This document shows positions 9,132 to 19,431 of a DNA stretch of 64,000 nucleotides, piece by piece. Both the position numbers and the translations under genes were made by a program. Origin of the DNA: an uncultured archaeon (GTDB lineage: Archaea; Thermoplasmatota; Penumbrarchaeia; JASLWR01); contig CAYFHS010000002.1 of NCBI GenBank assembly GCA_964342815.1, positions 32,001 to 96,000 of the forward strand. Direction: 5' to 3'. Every line of letters starts with the position of its first letter. Position 1 is the first letter of the stretch. The notes under the pieces were generated by a model. The model worked only from the letters and a program-made list of their open reading frames with translations, was not told the DNA's origin and ran no database searches.

Positions 9132-12100
9132 TCAGCCATCATATTTGATCTCGCTAAGCGCCTCAACCTCTACAGGCTTCATACTTCTTCCCATCCGGTC
9201 CACTTCATCGAGTATGGCTTCGTCCCTGCTTCTTTTTCTGGATTGCATAATGGCGATCAATATAAGAACGATGCCAAGTACCGCGCAGATCAGCAATGTC
9301 ACACCCCAGTAGCTGGAGAGCACCCCTATGTCCTCCGGCCCCTTCTCGGGAAACTCTGGGTCTTTGTCTTTACCAGGATCATACTTATACTTGTACTCGT
9401 CGTCCGGGACCAGCTCGATCTCCATCTCGTTCACCGTCACCATAAGCCAGTCCGTATCCTGGTTGCCGTGCTCGTCAGTAACGAGCAGCGTTACGAAGTA
9501 TCTGCCCGATTTCTCGAAATGGAAGAACGGTTTCACTCCGGAAAGATGGATGGTCATACCGTCGTATTCGAACTTCCAGTTATAGCTCACAATGCCTGTG
9601 TTGTCAATGCTTTCACCACCGTCGAATATCACTGTGTTGTCCGGGTCGATGATCACGTCCTTACCGGCGTCCGCCCGGGGCGGTATTCCATCCACTACCG
9701 TTATCGTCACATTATCCGTGTCCGCATTGCCCATGGCATCCGAGACGGTCAGGTTAATTTCATAGCGTCCGGGATGGTGAAAGGTCAGGTCGATACTCTG
9801 GTTGTAGAGAATAACGTTCGTTCCATTGTATAGTAATCTCCACGTATAGTTCGTTATTCCGACGTCATCCGTGCTTCGGTCGCCGAATAAACTTATGGAA
9901 TCGTGCAGGTGGATCCTCCGGTCGTTACCGGCAAACGCCACGGGCGGGGTAATATCCAGAACGGTAATCAGAACGTCGTCGAGGTCCAGGTTCCCTTCAG
10001 CATCGGCAACTCTCAATATTGCACGATATTCTCCGGCAATACCAAAGACGAAATCCAGCGAACTGCCGTATAGGAGAAAGAAGATATCATTATAGATAAA
10101 GCTCCAGGAAATATTAACAATAGCAACATTGTCGCTAGAACCTTTTGCATCCAAAAGGACCTTCTCGTGCTGGTTAACGGTAATATCGTCTCCGGCGTCG
10201 GCAACCGGTGGTGTGACGTCTCTTACGGTGACGTTAAGATCGTCGGACGATCCTTCGCCCAATATATTTTCCACGGTCAGGTTGATCCCATAGACCCCTG
10301 GAATATGGAAAGTGAATTTCGGCGCGGGACCGGAAAGACTGTATCCTTCGCCGTCATAGGTGAAGTTCCACGTATATTCAACAATGTGGGGCCCGTTCAG
10401 GCAGGCGGAGCTGTTGAAAGTGACTTCCTCGTGCTGGTCCACATATATGTCGGGCCCCGCTTCAGCGATAGGAAAAAGTACACCGAAGGGATTCACCAGC
10501 GGAAAATGATCCATATGTTTGACGCTCCCGTAAATGGCATAGCCGATATCAACTATCCCGTCATAATTCTCATCCGGCCCCATCCAGTCGGACCAGTAGT
10601 TTCCCGAACCATTAAGGTCCCATTGGGTTCCCCAGCAGTAGTCGGATGCCTGGATACTGCCGTTGTTGTTTTCGATAAATGTGTTACCGACAATAACATT
10701 ATCCCGCGAGTTATCGGTTATCTTGACCCCGTATTCTTCATTCCGGACAAACGAATTGTTAAGTAGACGGTTCTCATCGCTGCTTTGATAGATGGCGATA
10801 CCGTATTGATTCTCAATGAAGGTGTTATTCATCAGCAAGTTGCCATCGGAATTCCCTTTGATTTCAAGGCCGGATTCGGTGTTCAAACTGCACTTGTTAT
10901 TCGAAAGATTATTATCAGTGGAAAATCCATAAATTTGAATACCGTTCTGGTTTTCCATGCATCGGTTATTGGTAATATTATTTTTATTGTCAGTGATGTA
11001 GATTCCCACTCTATTGCCAATACAAATGTTATTATCCAGACTGCAGTACTGTGAGTCAACGGATATGCCGTAATTAAAATTCGACCCGCACCGATTATTC
11101 CGAATCACCGTCCCATCGGCCCAGTAGATCTTAATGCCTTGACCATTATCATTGGCAATGTTTCCAGATATTATAGTCCCGAAACTGTAGTAGACATATA
11201 TTCCGTAATCGTTAGATGAGCTGCACGTATTATTGATTATTTTGTTATCATATGAATTATAAATGTATATCCCGTACCGGTAATTTCCTATACACGAATT
11301 ATCGATCACTTCATTATCGAATGAATAACGATACATCCTGATACCGGACTCTCCGTTGGAATCACATCGATTATGCCGAATTTCAACGTCCATCGAATTG
11401 TACAGATCGATTCCATCCTTCCCATTGTTGGAAAAATTGTTATCTTCGATTATGATACTATGTGAAAAAACAACCTGGAGCCCGACGTAGACTCCCGAGA
11501 TGTTCTGATCCTTAACGGTTATATTCCTGCAACCGGCGAGTATTATCTGTCCAGCATTCGGTGGAATTTCCATATCTATGCTGTCCTTTACAAAGACAAT
11601 CACCCTGCCGTCTACGAGATTCGAAGAATCTATATCATTTGTGGTCCAATGTTCCTGTAGATCACCATAGAAATAGATACCTCCACCCACCATCAGGTTC
11701 CCGGATAACATGCTGTCAACAGAGTAGGCAAGGTTGATACCGCACCTGCCATTTCGTGCAATATTATTGAATCGAAAAGAGTTATTGTCCGAGTTGTATA
11801 TTTCGATCCCGTAAAACCGGTTGTCAGAACAGCTATTATTTGTGATTACATTATTGTGAGAAAGGGAAAGCTCTATTCCAGCAGATTGATTTGAAAAGCA
11901 CTTGTTCATATTTACTATGTTGTTTGACGAAGATGAAAGGAGGATGCCTTCGTAGTTTTCCGTACAGGTATTATTTTGAAGGGAATTGTAAAACGATTGG
12001 AAGAGTATTATCCCACGCATATCGTTATCTTGACAAACATTATTGATTATTTCGTTCCAATCGGAATTATCCAAATATAATCCATTTCGATTATCCTCCA

Positions 12101-12539
12101 TCCAGTTGTTTTCTACGCGGCACGAATTAACGCTCTTCAGGTGAATACCATCACCTATGAATGACGAATTTCTTATCTTGAAACCGCTTATGTTCGTCCC
12201 ATTAGCTGTAACAAAGACCACATTCTCATTCCCCTGTCCAACAATTGTGGTATTCTCCCATCCAGCTCCCACGAGGCTGAGGGTCTTATTGATGATCACG
12301 TTCTCTCGATACATCCCGGCCTCGACGAATATGGTATCCCCTGCGCTTGAGTTATCCACGGCCCACTGGATATGCGTGTAATCCCCACTTCCTGATGCAT
12401 TTACAATGATAGTACCGAGGACTCTTATACTGAGGTCCCCTGCTTGTGAGGAATTAGAAGATATTACAGACGGAACTAACGGGATTAGAATTAGCAGAAG
12501 AATAATGAAAGATTTTGCTTTTTGAGTTCGCCCTGACAT
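9132..12539 (-). CDS. NosD/CASH beta-helix plus PKD-repeat surface protein, TM anchored
   Basis: IIVNASGSGDYTHIQWAVDN head; NNxC rungs; GNYWSDW; four PxAxAGxD PKD units; C-terminal TM followed by basic residues. Confidence 0.85.
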   Translation of the reverse strand: MSGRTQKAKSFIILLLILIPLVPSVISSNSSQAGDLSIRVLGTIIVNASGSGDYTHIQWAVDNSSAGDTIFVEAGMYRENVIINKTLSLVGAGWENTTIVGQGNENVVFVTANGTNISGFKIRNSSFIGDGIHLKSVNSCRVENNWMEDNRNGLYLDNSDWNEIINNVCQDNDMRGIILFQSFYNSLQNNTCTENYEGILLSSSSNNIVNMNKCFSNQSAGIELSLSHNNVITNNSCSDNRFYGIEIYNSDNNSFRFNNIARNGRCGINLAYSVDSMLSGNLMVGGGIYFYGDLQEHWTTNDIDSSNLVDGRVIVFVKDSIDMEIPPNAGQIILAGCRNITVKDQNISGVYVGLQVVFSHSIIIEDNNFSNNGKDGIDLYNSMDVEIRHNRCDSNGESGIRMYRYSFDNEVIDNSCIGNYRYGIYIYNSYDNKIINNTCSSSNDYGIYVYYSFGTIISGNIANDNGQGIKIYWADGTVIRNNRCGSNFNYGISVDSQYCSLDNNICIGNRVGIYITDNKNNITNNRCMENQNGIQIYGFSTDNNLSNNKCSLNTESGLEIKGNSDGNLLMNNTFIENQYGIAIYQSSDENRLLNNSFVRNEEYGVKITDNSRDNVIVGNTFIENNNGSIQASDYCWGTQWDLNGSGNYWSDWMGPDENYDGIVDIGYAIYGSVKHMDHFPLVNPFGVLFPIAEAGPDIYVDQHEEVTFNSSACLNGPHIVEYTWNFTYDGEGYSLSGPAPKFTFHIPGVYGINLTVENILGEGSSDDLNVTVRDVTPPVADAGDDITVNQHEKVLLDAKGSSDNVAIVNISWSFIYNDIFFLLYGSSLDFVFGIAGEYRAILRVADAEGNLDLDDVLITVLDITPPVAFAGNDRRIHLHDSISLFGDRSTDDVGITNYTWRLLYNGTNVILYNQSIDLTFHHPGRYEINLTVSDAMGNADTDNVTITVVDGIPPRADAGKDVIIDPDNTVIFDGGESIDNTGIVSYNWKFEYDGMTIHLSGVKPFFHFEKSGRYFVTLLVTDEHGNQDTDWLMVTVNEMEIELVPDDEYKYKYDPGKDKDPEFPEKGPEDIGVLSSYWGVTLLICAVLGIVLILIAIMQSRKRSRDEAILDEVDRMGRSMKPVEVEALSEIKYDG

Positions 12540-12642
12540 GTAATAACACTGTCCGTAGAAACCTTTTATGATAATGCAAGTATAAATAAATATCCAGCAA
12601 TATGAATAAATGTATAATCCCGAATTACTTTGACCCTAAAAA

Positions 12643-13419
12643 TCATTCACCCATCAATACCTCCACGGCCACCTCGAAGAGCGTCTCCAGACTCTTTTTT
12701 GTTGTTTCTCTGTGGAATTCAGGTCTCCATTCCAGCTCCGCCAGTGAATCGCTGACAGTAAAAATAGAAGCAAGATGGACGTTTCGATATTCAGCCACGG
12801 CGAACAGCGCCGACGCCTCCATTTCAACGGTTGCCACTCCCTCGGCCTGATACTGCCGTATCTCCGCAAGCGTTTCGCGGTACGGGGCGTCCGTGGTCCA
12901 GCTGGTTCCAATGTGATATTTCACTTTGCGCCGATCCAGTGATTCCATGATCTTTTTTGTGATCTTGTTTGATGCCTGGGCATATTTTGTTTCATCGAAA
13001 TAATGGTAAGAAGTACCTTCGTCGCGAATGGCTTTTTCGCAAACGACAATATCGCCAATCTCTATTTCTTTCTGAAGCGTCCCGGCACTCCCCACCGATA
13101 TGAACTTTGTGACACCAAAGGCTATCAACTCCTCCAGCAACGCTACCGCCACCGGCGCGCCGATCCCGAATTTCCCCATCACCACTACCTTCCCGCCGGT
13201 ATCATCCAGCAAACGCATATCTCCGAAAAAACCTCTGATCCGGGTAGTTCTCTGCCCATTGACAATGTAATTCCATAAGCTGTTCTGGTAGCAGAAAATA
13301 ACGCCTTGCGGGACATCCAATTCCAGATATTTTCCTCTCGTCCTCTGGTACTTTATGTAATCCCTGGGACCGTAGAGCGCGGTTTCATCATTTTTACGGT
13401 TAAAGTTCGGAAAGGCCAT
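12643..13419 (-). CDS. nucleoside phosphorylase (PNP_UDP_1, uridine phosphorylase-like)
   Basis: GIGAP, FISVGSAG, AIRDEGTSYHY, WTTDAPYRET and VEMEASA motifs. Confidence 0.9.
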   Translation of the reverse strand: MAFPNFNRKNDETALYGPRDYIKYQRTRGKYLELDVPQGVIFCYQNSLWNYIVNGQRTTRIRGFFGDMRLLDDTGGKVVVMGKFGIGAPVAVALLEELIAFGVTKFISVGSAGTLQKEIEIGDIVVCEKAIRDEGTSYHYFDETKYAQASNKITKKIMESLDRRKVKYHIGTSWTTDAPYRETLAEIRQYQAEGVATVEMEASALFAVAEYRNVHLASIFTVSDSLAELEWRPEFHRETTKKSLETLFEVAVEVLMGE

Positions 13420-13471
13420 GTCGGGGGATGAGGTGAACAGGTTAATAAATTTTTTTTAGACTACACTAAAA

Positions 13472-13495
13472 CTTGCGTATGACGTTTTCGCAACG
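13472..13495 (-). repeat. attC-like family 3' half-site F
   Basis: Minus strand ttgcgaaaacgtcatacgcaag resembles the copy B end gcaagtcgtcatacgaag; about 50 bp upstream of the nucleoside phosphorylase start. Confidence 0.3.
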
Positions 13496-13888
13496 CAGAA
13501 ACCGTCTTCGATTATATACACGGAGCATCGTTAGATTATCCGATTGCGGCGGAGAGCATATCAAGAAGTTCGAGGCAGACCAGTATCCTTCTACTAATCA
13601 CGACGACTGGGCCATTGCGAAGATATACTTTTCCATAGCAAAGAAGTTGGGAAGAAAATTGAGATATTCGTTGGATATTTCAATAATTCCAGCGTTCCTA
13701 ATGTCAAGAAATGAGATGATTCCTTGAACCTGTTATCGGGATTCAACTTCCAGAAGACGGATGAGTCGAAAGACCTCGCTAGGGCAATATAGGGATAAAA
13801 GAATATGAAGGGGAATGTTAAAAGGATCGAAGTTTTTGTGCTAATAATTATATATAATCCAAAACTAATGTAGACATAATCGTAGGAG

Positions 13889-16849
13889 ATGATCTCAATG
13901 CAGTCTCTAAAAAAAACCCGGATATTATCTACACTATTTCTTGGAATGCTGATTATTGCTGCATTTGTAAACATATTGCCCGGAGTTGTTTTTGAACTCA
14001 ATGGTAAGGAAATATACAGTCAACCGGAATTATTGGAATCCGCTGATGAGGGAAAAAACAGACATTATAATTCCTTATCTGCTTTCACGGGAGGCATTGA
14101 GAGTAAAACCTTTACTTTCATGGGAGAGGGGAGCGATTCTTCTTTGGCCCTGGAGCTGCCGGAAAATTCATTGATAGAGTCAGCCACTGTTGACATCGAA
14201 GGAAGACACGTAGGAGGTGTGGGGGGAGAGGTCATTAGAGATTACTCGGACACTGTTAAAAACAAGGCATGGGATTTCTCGAACAATCAACAAAGACCGC
14301 CAAATATGGCCCAACCTGCGAACCTGAAATCCAATCAATACAATGCGAACGACTACAATGCCGTACGCAATATCGATGGAAGCAGCAAGATGACACAAGG
14401 GTGGAGGAATTGCTTTCCATTACAGCTATACGAGTTCAACCTTTCCTCTTATTACGTGCTCAACTTCGGCGTGTTCTGGACGGGATATTACTGGGTCTGG
14501 GATTTCGATAACAGCGAAGGATTGAACGTAACAATCTGGAACAGGTCGAGCAGTAATTGGGAAATCGTGGGAACGCATTATGCACGATTTGCCAACGATC
14601 ACGTCAATATCGAAAGATCCTATAATGGCCCGCCTTTTCATTATATAAACCCCGCAACAGATATTCTATATATGGCAGTGGTTGGCCCTGCATCATACAA
14701 TCAGAGCAATATGACCACGAGGCTTTATACCAATTATATTTCCGTCAACATCACTCTCGATCCCACACCCTTATTCCCGGTGGATCCGTTCCTGGATGTT
14801 GGAGCGGATGGGGATGAGGATTGGAAATACTTAGGAGAACTTTCCGGTGAGGAAACATTCTCGGGTAACGATTTTACAAACGAGCTCCAGGAACACGTGG
14901 ATTCCGGTGGAGCGGGTGGAACTATCAACATAGTATTCAAGTTCGGGGTGGCGGATAGGGGAAAGCTATATATTTCAAACCTGACTATCATTTACATTAC
15001 CAACCAGGGACCCACCAGCTCGTCGAATATTATCTCTGTATATTTTTACGAGGATTCGGGGTGGTACGAGTCAACCAGGAATGTAACCGATTATTTCCAG
15101 GACATCGATGATCCCATTTCGAACCTGACCTACGAGCTCCACGGCAATACGTCGGATGTATGGGGGGTTATAACACAGGATTATACGCTGAATTTTTCAT
15201 CTGGAGAAAATTATTTCGGTCAGTCTGAATTCAGCATTTCTTGCAGGGATAGGGGTATCGACGGTATAAGCAGTGCGGATGACTCTTTCGTGTATTCTAG
15301 TAATTTCAATGTCAATGTCCTTCCATCAGATGATCCCCCCGAGATAACATATGTGAACACTCAACGGGTGGTGGATAATTCTATTTCAACCATTGCCTAC
15401 GAGGATGCGTACCTAAATCTCACACTCGAACACGAGGATATCGACGGTGATGATATCGCATACTCGCTGAATATCACGGACGGAGCATTTGCAGTGAACG
15501 GAAAAAATATATCGTTTCTGGCCGGACAGGAGCATGTTGGGTTCTTTAATTTCACAATAATCGGAACCGAGATGAACACATCGGACCTAAGCGATTACGT
15601 TGATGTAGAAGTTAGGGTCTATAACACCAATGACGCACCAGTAATGGAGTCTGCAGACGATATTATCGTCGATGAGGACATGTGGGTGAACTTCTCCGTT
15701 CTGGCAGATGATATCGATCTTTTATATGACGAAGATGAAAAACTCACATTCTACTCGAATTTCAGTAAATCCGGCGTTCCCTCTGCGAACTGGGACTTCG
15801 ACAAGAACACGGGGGATTTTTCTTTTCTGCCAGACAATTCTCAGGTGGGGGAATATCTTGTGAACTTCTCAGTAGAGGACCGAAATAGAAAAAAGGACTG
15901 GACAGAGGTAACAATAGAAGTGAACAACATCAATGATCCGCCGTTTGCCAAGCCTATCGAGTTTATCGTTGATGACGCGGATGAACAAACACCCGAAATA
16001 GAGAACTTGAGTGTGACGTTTCAGACAAATACCGGAATAGACCCGGATCTCATCCACGGCGACGAGTTGGAATATTCATGGGATTTCGACGATTCCAACG
16101 GGATTGGTGTCAATGCCATGGGCCAGACCGTTCTTAATACCTACACGGCAAGTGGAAACTATACTATCACGTTGACGGTGAGCGACAAGATGGGATTGAA
16201 GAGCTCGACAAATATAACCATTGAAGTGCTGGCTCCCACAGAGAAAAAACCGGATGGCGATGACGACGATGATGATGACGATGATGTGGACGACGATGAT
16301 ACCGGGGGAACAGGTGGAGGAAGGAACGAAGTATCCGCCAGCGGCGGCGTTGACGTTTGGGTATTGATCGTGGTTGCTGTAATTGCGATCATAACGGCTG
16401 GTGCTGTGGGTTTTATAATCGGATTTAATATGATGAAGAAGAAGCGGAAGGACGAAGAAGAGCGAATTTATACGCCTCCACCGGTGGGAATTCCTCCCAA
16501 AGACACTACCGGAGCAGAGGCTCCAGTTCCTACAATAAGCACCAGTGCTCTGTCTCCCGCTCCCACCGAAGGCGGAACACCGGGAGAACACAAATTAGAT
16601 ACGGTCGAGGACTCCATCGCTGCTGCTCCATTAGCTCCAGTGGTGACTTCGCCTGAAGAAAAAAAACCGATAGCTCGCGTAGTTGGCCGCCCACTTCCTC
16701 AGGCAACTGAAACCGACACTGTCGATTCCGAACCGCAAACAGCCGGCCAGCAAGCACCTATCTGTCCAAAATGCAGTAAAAGTGCCCAGTATTACCCTGA
16801 ATATAAATGTCACTGGTGTATTGGATGTCAGGATTACGTGCTTGACTAA
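13889..16849 (+). CDS. surface protein with cadherin-like/PKD repeats, TM, Pro-rich tail and C-terminal Zn ribbon
   Basis: Signal peptide; NDxP cadherin-like linkers; PKD-like YSWDFDD; TM; CPKC...HWCIGC at the C-terminus. Confidence 0.85.
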   Translation: MISMQSLKKTRILSTLFLGMLIIAAFVNILPGVVFELNGKEIYSQPELLESADEGKNRHYNSLSAFTGGIESKTFTFMGEGSDSSLALELPENSLIESATVDIEGRHVGGVGGEVIRDYSDTVKNKAWDFSNNQQRPPNMAQPANLKSNQYNANDYNAVRNIDGSSKMTQGWRNCFPLQLYEFNLSSYYVLNFGVFWTGYYWVWDFDNSEGLNVTIWNRSSSNWEIVGTHYARFANDHVNIERSYNGPPFHYINPATDILYMAVVGPASYNQSNMTTRLYTNYISVNITLDPTPLFPVDPFLDVGADGDEDWKYLGELSGEETFSGNDFTNELQEHVDSGGAGGTINIVFKFGVADRGKLYISNLTIIYITNQGPTSSSNIISVYFYEDSGWYESTRNVTDYFQDIDDPISNLTYELHGNTSDVWGVITQDYTLNFSSGENYFGQSEFSISCRDRGIDGISSADDSFVYSSNFNVNVLPSDDPPEITYVNTQRVVDNSISTIAYEDAYLNLTLEHEDIDGDDIAYSLNITDGAFAVNGKNISFLAGQEHVGFFNFTIIGTEMNTSDLSDYVDVEVRVYNTNDAPVMESADDIIVDEDMWVNFSVLADDIDLLYDEDEKLTFYSNFSKSGVPSANWDFDKNTGDFSFLPDNSQVGEYLVNFSVEDRNRKKDWTEVTIEVNNINDPPFAKPIEFIVDDADEQTPEIENLSVTFQTNTGIDPDLIHGDELEYSWDFDDSNGIGVNAMGQTVLNTYTASGNYTITLTVSDKMGLKSSTNITIEVLAPTEKKPDGDDDDDDDDDVDDDDTGGTGGGRNEVSASGGVDVWVLIVVAVIAIITAGAVGFIIGFNMMKKKRKDEEERIYTPPPVGIPPKDTTGAEAPVPTISTSALSPAPTEGGTPGEHKLDTVEDSIAAAPLAPVVTSPEEKKPIARVVGRPLPQATETDTVDSEPQTAGQQAPICPKCSKSAQYYPEYKCHWCIGCQDYVLD

Positions 16850-17092
16850 TGGTTACTGAAGTTTTGTGTTTCTAAGAAAATAAATCCTCATGACGAGTTC
16901 ATGGGAGTGCTGGATGTGGTAGGCTATTAAGTATCTTCTGATTTCCGGTTTTTAACTAGGACCGAACCGAGAACGGATATCCTACTATTTGGGGGTGAGA
17001 AGGAAGTCGATAATATAAAATTGACATAGTTAGATTTTCAGGCCAAAATCCCACCAAAATTATTTATCTTCCGAAACCCCTTTTACAGATGC

Positions 17093-18109
17093 ATGAGAAA
17101 GTTAACCGTATCCTTAATAGTATTTCTGATGGTATCAATTGCCTTAACTGAAGCAAACCGGGTTAACGCTCATGCGAATCCTGCTGATAAAAACGAGCCA
17201 TACGTCGTTAAAAACCGATTACTGCTGGAATCAGCCAAGATAGCCGATAAAGGCATGGAAGCCGCGAAAAACATGTTGATCAGAGCGTTTTCGGAGAACA
17301 TCACCGAGGCCGACGTCGTCCGTGCCATAAACGATGCCATGACGGATGAAGGCTCGAGCGAATATGTGGAAGCCTTTGGCGTTATCGTGGCGTCGGGGGA
17401 GCAGTCGGCCATGCCGCACGGTGACACAAGCGACGATGGTACCAACTTAATTCTTCCGGGCGAGGTTGTAGTGGTGGATCTGGGTGCGAGATATAGGGGA
17501 TATTGCTCGGACCTGACGAGAACCTTCTTCATGGGAAATGCAACCCAGGAAATGATGGATATCTACAATATAACGTTGGAGGCACAGGTTGCCGGCATCG
17601 AGGCCGTGAGAGCCGGGGTTTGGGCAAGGGATGTGGATAAGGTGGCCAGAGATATTATATCCGGTTACGGTTACGGCGATAATTTTACCCACGGTCTCGG
17701 GCATGGAATAGGTCTATACATACACATGCCGCCCATCCTCAGCCCTAATAGCGACGGGATATTGTTTAAAAGCGGCGATATGACCATCACCATCGAGCCG
17801 GGGATCTACCTGGATGGAAGATTCGGGATCAGGATAGAGGACGATGTCTTCGTTCTGAGAACCGGATATGAGTTGTTGACCTTCTATCCAAAAGGTATCG
17901 AGAACGCTATTCTGTACCCTGATACCATATCGAACGATTCCCAAAGTACGGGTGAAGAGAATGAGGAGGCAGTGGGGGAAAATGGTCTATTGGGGGTATT
18001 GGGTGAGATATTTTCGAACGGTGTTGTGATAATTATTTGTTCGGTAGCAGTCGTTATGATAGTTGGGTTGGTGGTCAGGAAAAGGAAAAATAGGGAGAAG
18101 GAGGGGTAG
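17093..18109 (+). CDS. M24B (Xaa-Pro peptidase-like) metallopeptidase with signal peptide and C-terminal TM
   Basis: VVDLG, SDLTRT, HGLGHGIG, TIEPGIY and GIRIEDD metal-ligand motifs; hydrophobic N- and C-terminal segments. Confidence 0.85.
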   Translation: MRKLTVSLIVFLMVSIALTEANRVNAHANPADKNEPYVVKNRLLLESAKIADKGMEAAKNMLIRAFSENITEADVVRAINDAMTDEGSSEYVEAFGVIVASGEQSAMPHGDTSDDGTNLILPGEVVVVDLGARYRGYCSDLTRTFFMGNATQEMMDIYNITLEAQVAGIEAVRAGVWARDVDKVARDIISGYGYGDNFTHGLGHGIGLYIHMPPILSPNSDGILFKSGDMTITIEPGIYLDGRFGIRIEDDVFVLRTGYELLTFYPKGIENAILYPDTISNDSQSTGEENEEAVGENGLLGVLGEIFSNGVVIIICSVAVVMIVGLVVRKRKNREKEG

Positions 18110-18391
18110 GAGAGAGGGCTCACCTTTAAGCCAGTCAATAGAGCTGTGAGATAGGTATAGGGGATATTGAAGGTGCAGACTCACTCCTTTGGTGTTTTTT
18201 TTAGTTCATCTTTACCCTGAGGAAAGATACTACTACGTAGTAATGTAGTGCCCTAAAGAAAGAGAAAAAAATTGGGTAAAAAATATGCTGTGGAATATAA
18301 TGAAAAATAACCATTTTGAGGATATTTTCCGGAAAATAATCACTTAACATTTGGAATATATAGGGAATTGTTGCACCTAGTAGTAATAGAT

Positions 18392-19042
18392 CTAAGACGG
18401 GTGGAAACGATTTCCATCAATTATTTTGCCTATCTCTTCCATCTGTTTACCAACATATTTACCCCTATCGGTCAAGTAGAAATGATCTACACGGTAGCCC
18501 CTTTGCCTGCCTTTGGGAAATTCTAATTTTCCTTCGACCATTCCCCACCTGTCTAAGAAAGAAATACAAATATTTGATGCATTTACTTTTCCTTTCTCTT
18601 TCAATTCTGAAGAGTATGCTTTATCATTTTTATAGATGTAATTTAGAGTTTTTATTAGGCCGGTCTGACTGTCCATATTGAGAAGAATCTGTCTCGTTTT
18701 GTCAAGCTCATCGATATTAAGAAATAATCCCGCCACAGCCACACCTTTTTCTGTTAAGGAAAAGACCCGTTGTCTGCGTTTGCTTTTTTCTCCGTTCTCA
18801 TCTTTCTCAATAATCAAAGCGAAGGTTTTCAAAATATTGATACATTTATAGGCTGTGCCATAGCTCATACCGGTTCGTTTATTTATTTTATTTATGTGAG
18901 TGATCCCTTCCTTACGCAAGTGAACCAATAATCTGATCAATCCGGTTTGTTTATCGAATTTCAAAATATTATTCATCGCTGGGATTAGATTTAATTGCAT
19001 ATAAATAGTTTGTTGTGCAGTTTTTAAATTATAATGCAACAA
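18392..19042 (-). CDS. tandem winged-helix DNA-binding protein (likely start ATG 19000 or 18976)
   Basis: Two related units (DKQTGLIRLL..FSLTEKG and DSQTGLIKTL..FYLTDRG); the xLTxKG wing motif is typical of MarR/PadR-like wHTH. Confidence 0.7.
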   Translation of the reverse strand: MLHYNLKTAQQTIYMQLNLIPAMNNILKFDKQTGLIRLLVHLRKEGITHINKINKRTGMSYGTAYKCINILKTFALIIEKDENGEKSKRRQRVFSLTEKGVAVAGLFLNIDELDKTRQILLNMDSQTGLIKTLNYIYKNDKAYSSELKEKGKVNASNICISFLDRWGMVEGKLEFPKGRQRGYRVDHFYLTDRGKYVGKQMEEIGKIIDGNRFHPS

Positions 19043-19139
19043 ATACTTCAGTATATCAACTAATGAGGATAGTTTCGTTCAGTTATTGAATTATTTTGGA
19101 ATAATAAGTTTTATAAACTTATATTTCCATCGAGGTTTT

Positions 19140-19337
19140 ATGGGTCAGGCCGAAGTGACAGAATTCCTAGAATATAGGTTGGGTAGATGGTTTACCTCAA
19201 AAGAGATCAGTTTGAATGTTAATACATCAACAGTATCCGTAGCGCATTCTCTTCGGAAGTTAATCGAACAGGGTGAAGTTCAACGACGAAGAGATGTGAA
19301 AAATAAATATGGATATCAATACAAGTTCAACAAATGA
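19140..19337 (+). CDS. small winged-helix protein
   Basis: MGQAEVTEFL..WFTSKEIS..SVAHSLRKLIEQGEV helix-turn-helix pattern; ATG 19140 is preceded by gaggt. Confidence 0.7.
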   Translation: MGQAEVTEFLEYRLGRWFTSKEISLNVNTSTVSVAHSLRKLIEQGEVQRRRDVKNKYGYQYKFNK

Positions 19338-19362
19338 TATTGGCTTGGTAAAGGCGATACTG

Positions 19363-19431
19363 TTGGGTCAAGCTGAAGTTTACTAGTTCCTTAAAGAAAA
19401 TTCAGGGAAATGGTATTCTTCCGGAATATGA
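19363..19431 (+). pseudogene. decayed tandem copy of the small wHTH gene
   Basis: Translates LGQAEVY*FLKENSGKWYSSGI*, versus MGQAEVTEFLEYRLGRWFTSKEI in the intact gene. Confidence 0.6.

Noticed and set aside
9009-9833. 274-aa plus-strand ORF
   Set aside because: Antisense shadow of 9132..12539 with no recognisable motifs; the same applies to most short ORFs nested in the large genes.
13594-14001. 135-aa minus-strand ORF
   Set aside because: Overlaps the start of 13889 on the opposite strand and has non-protein-like composition.
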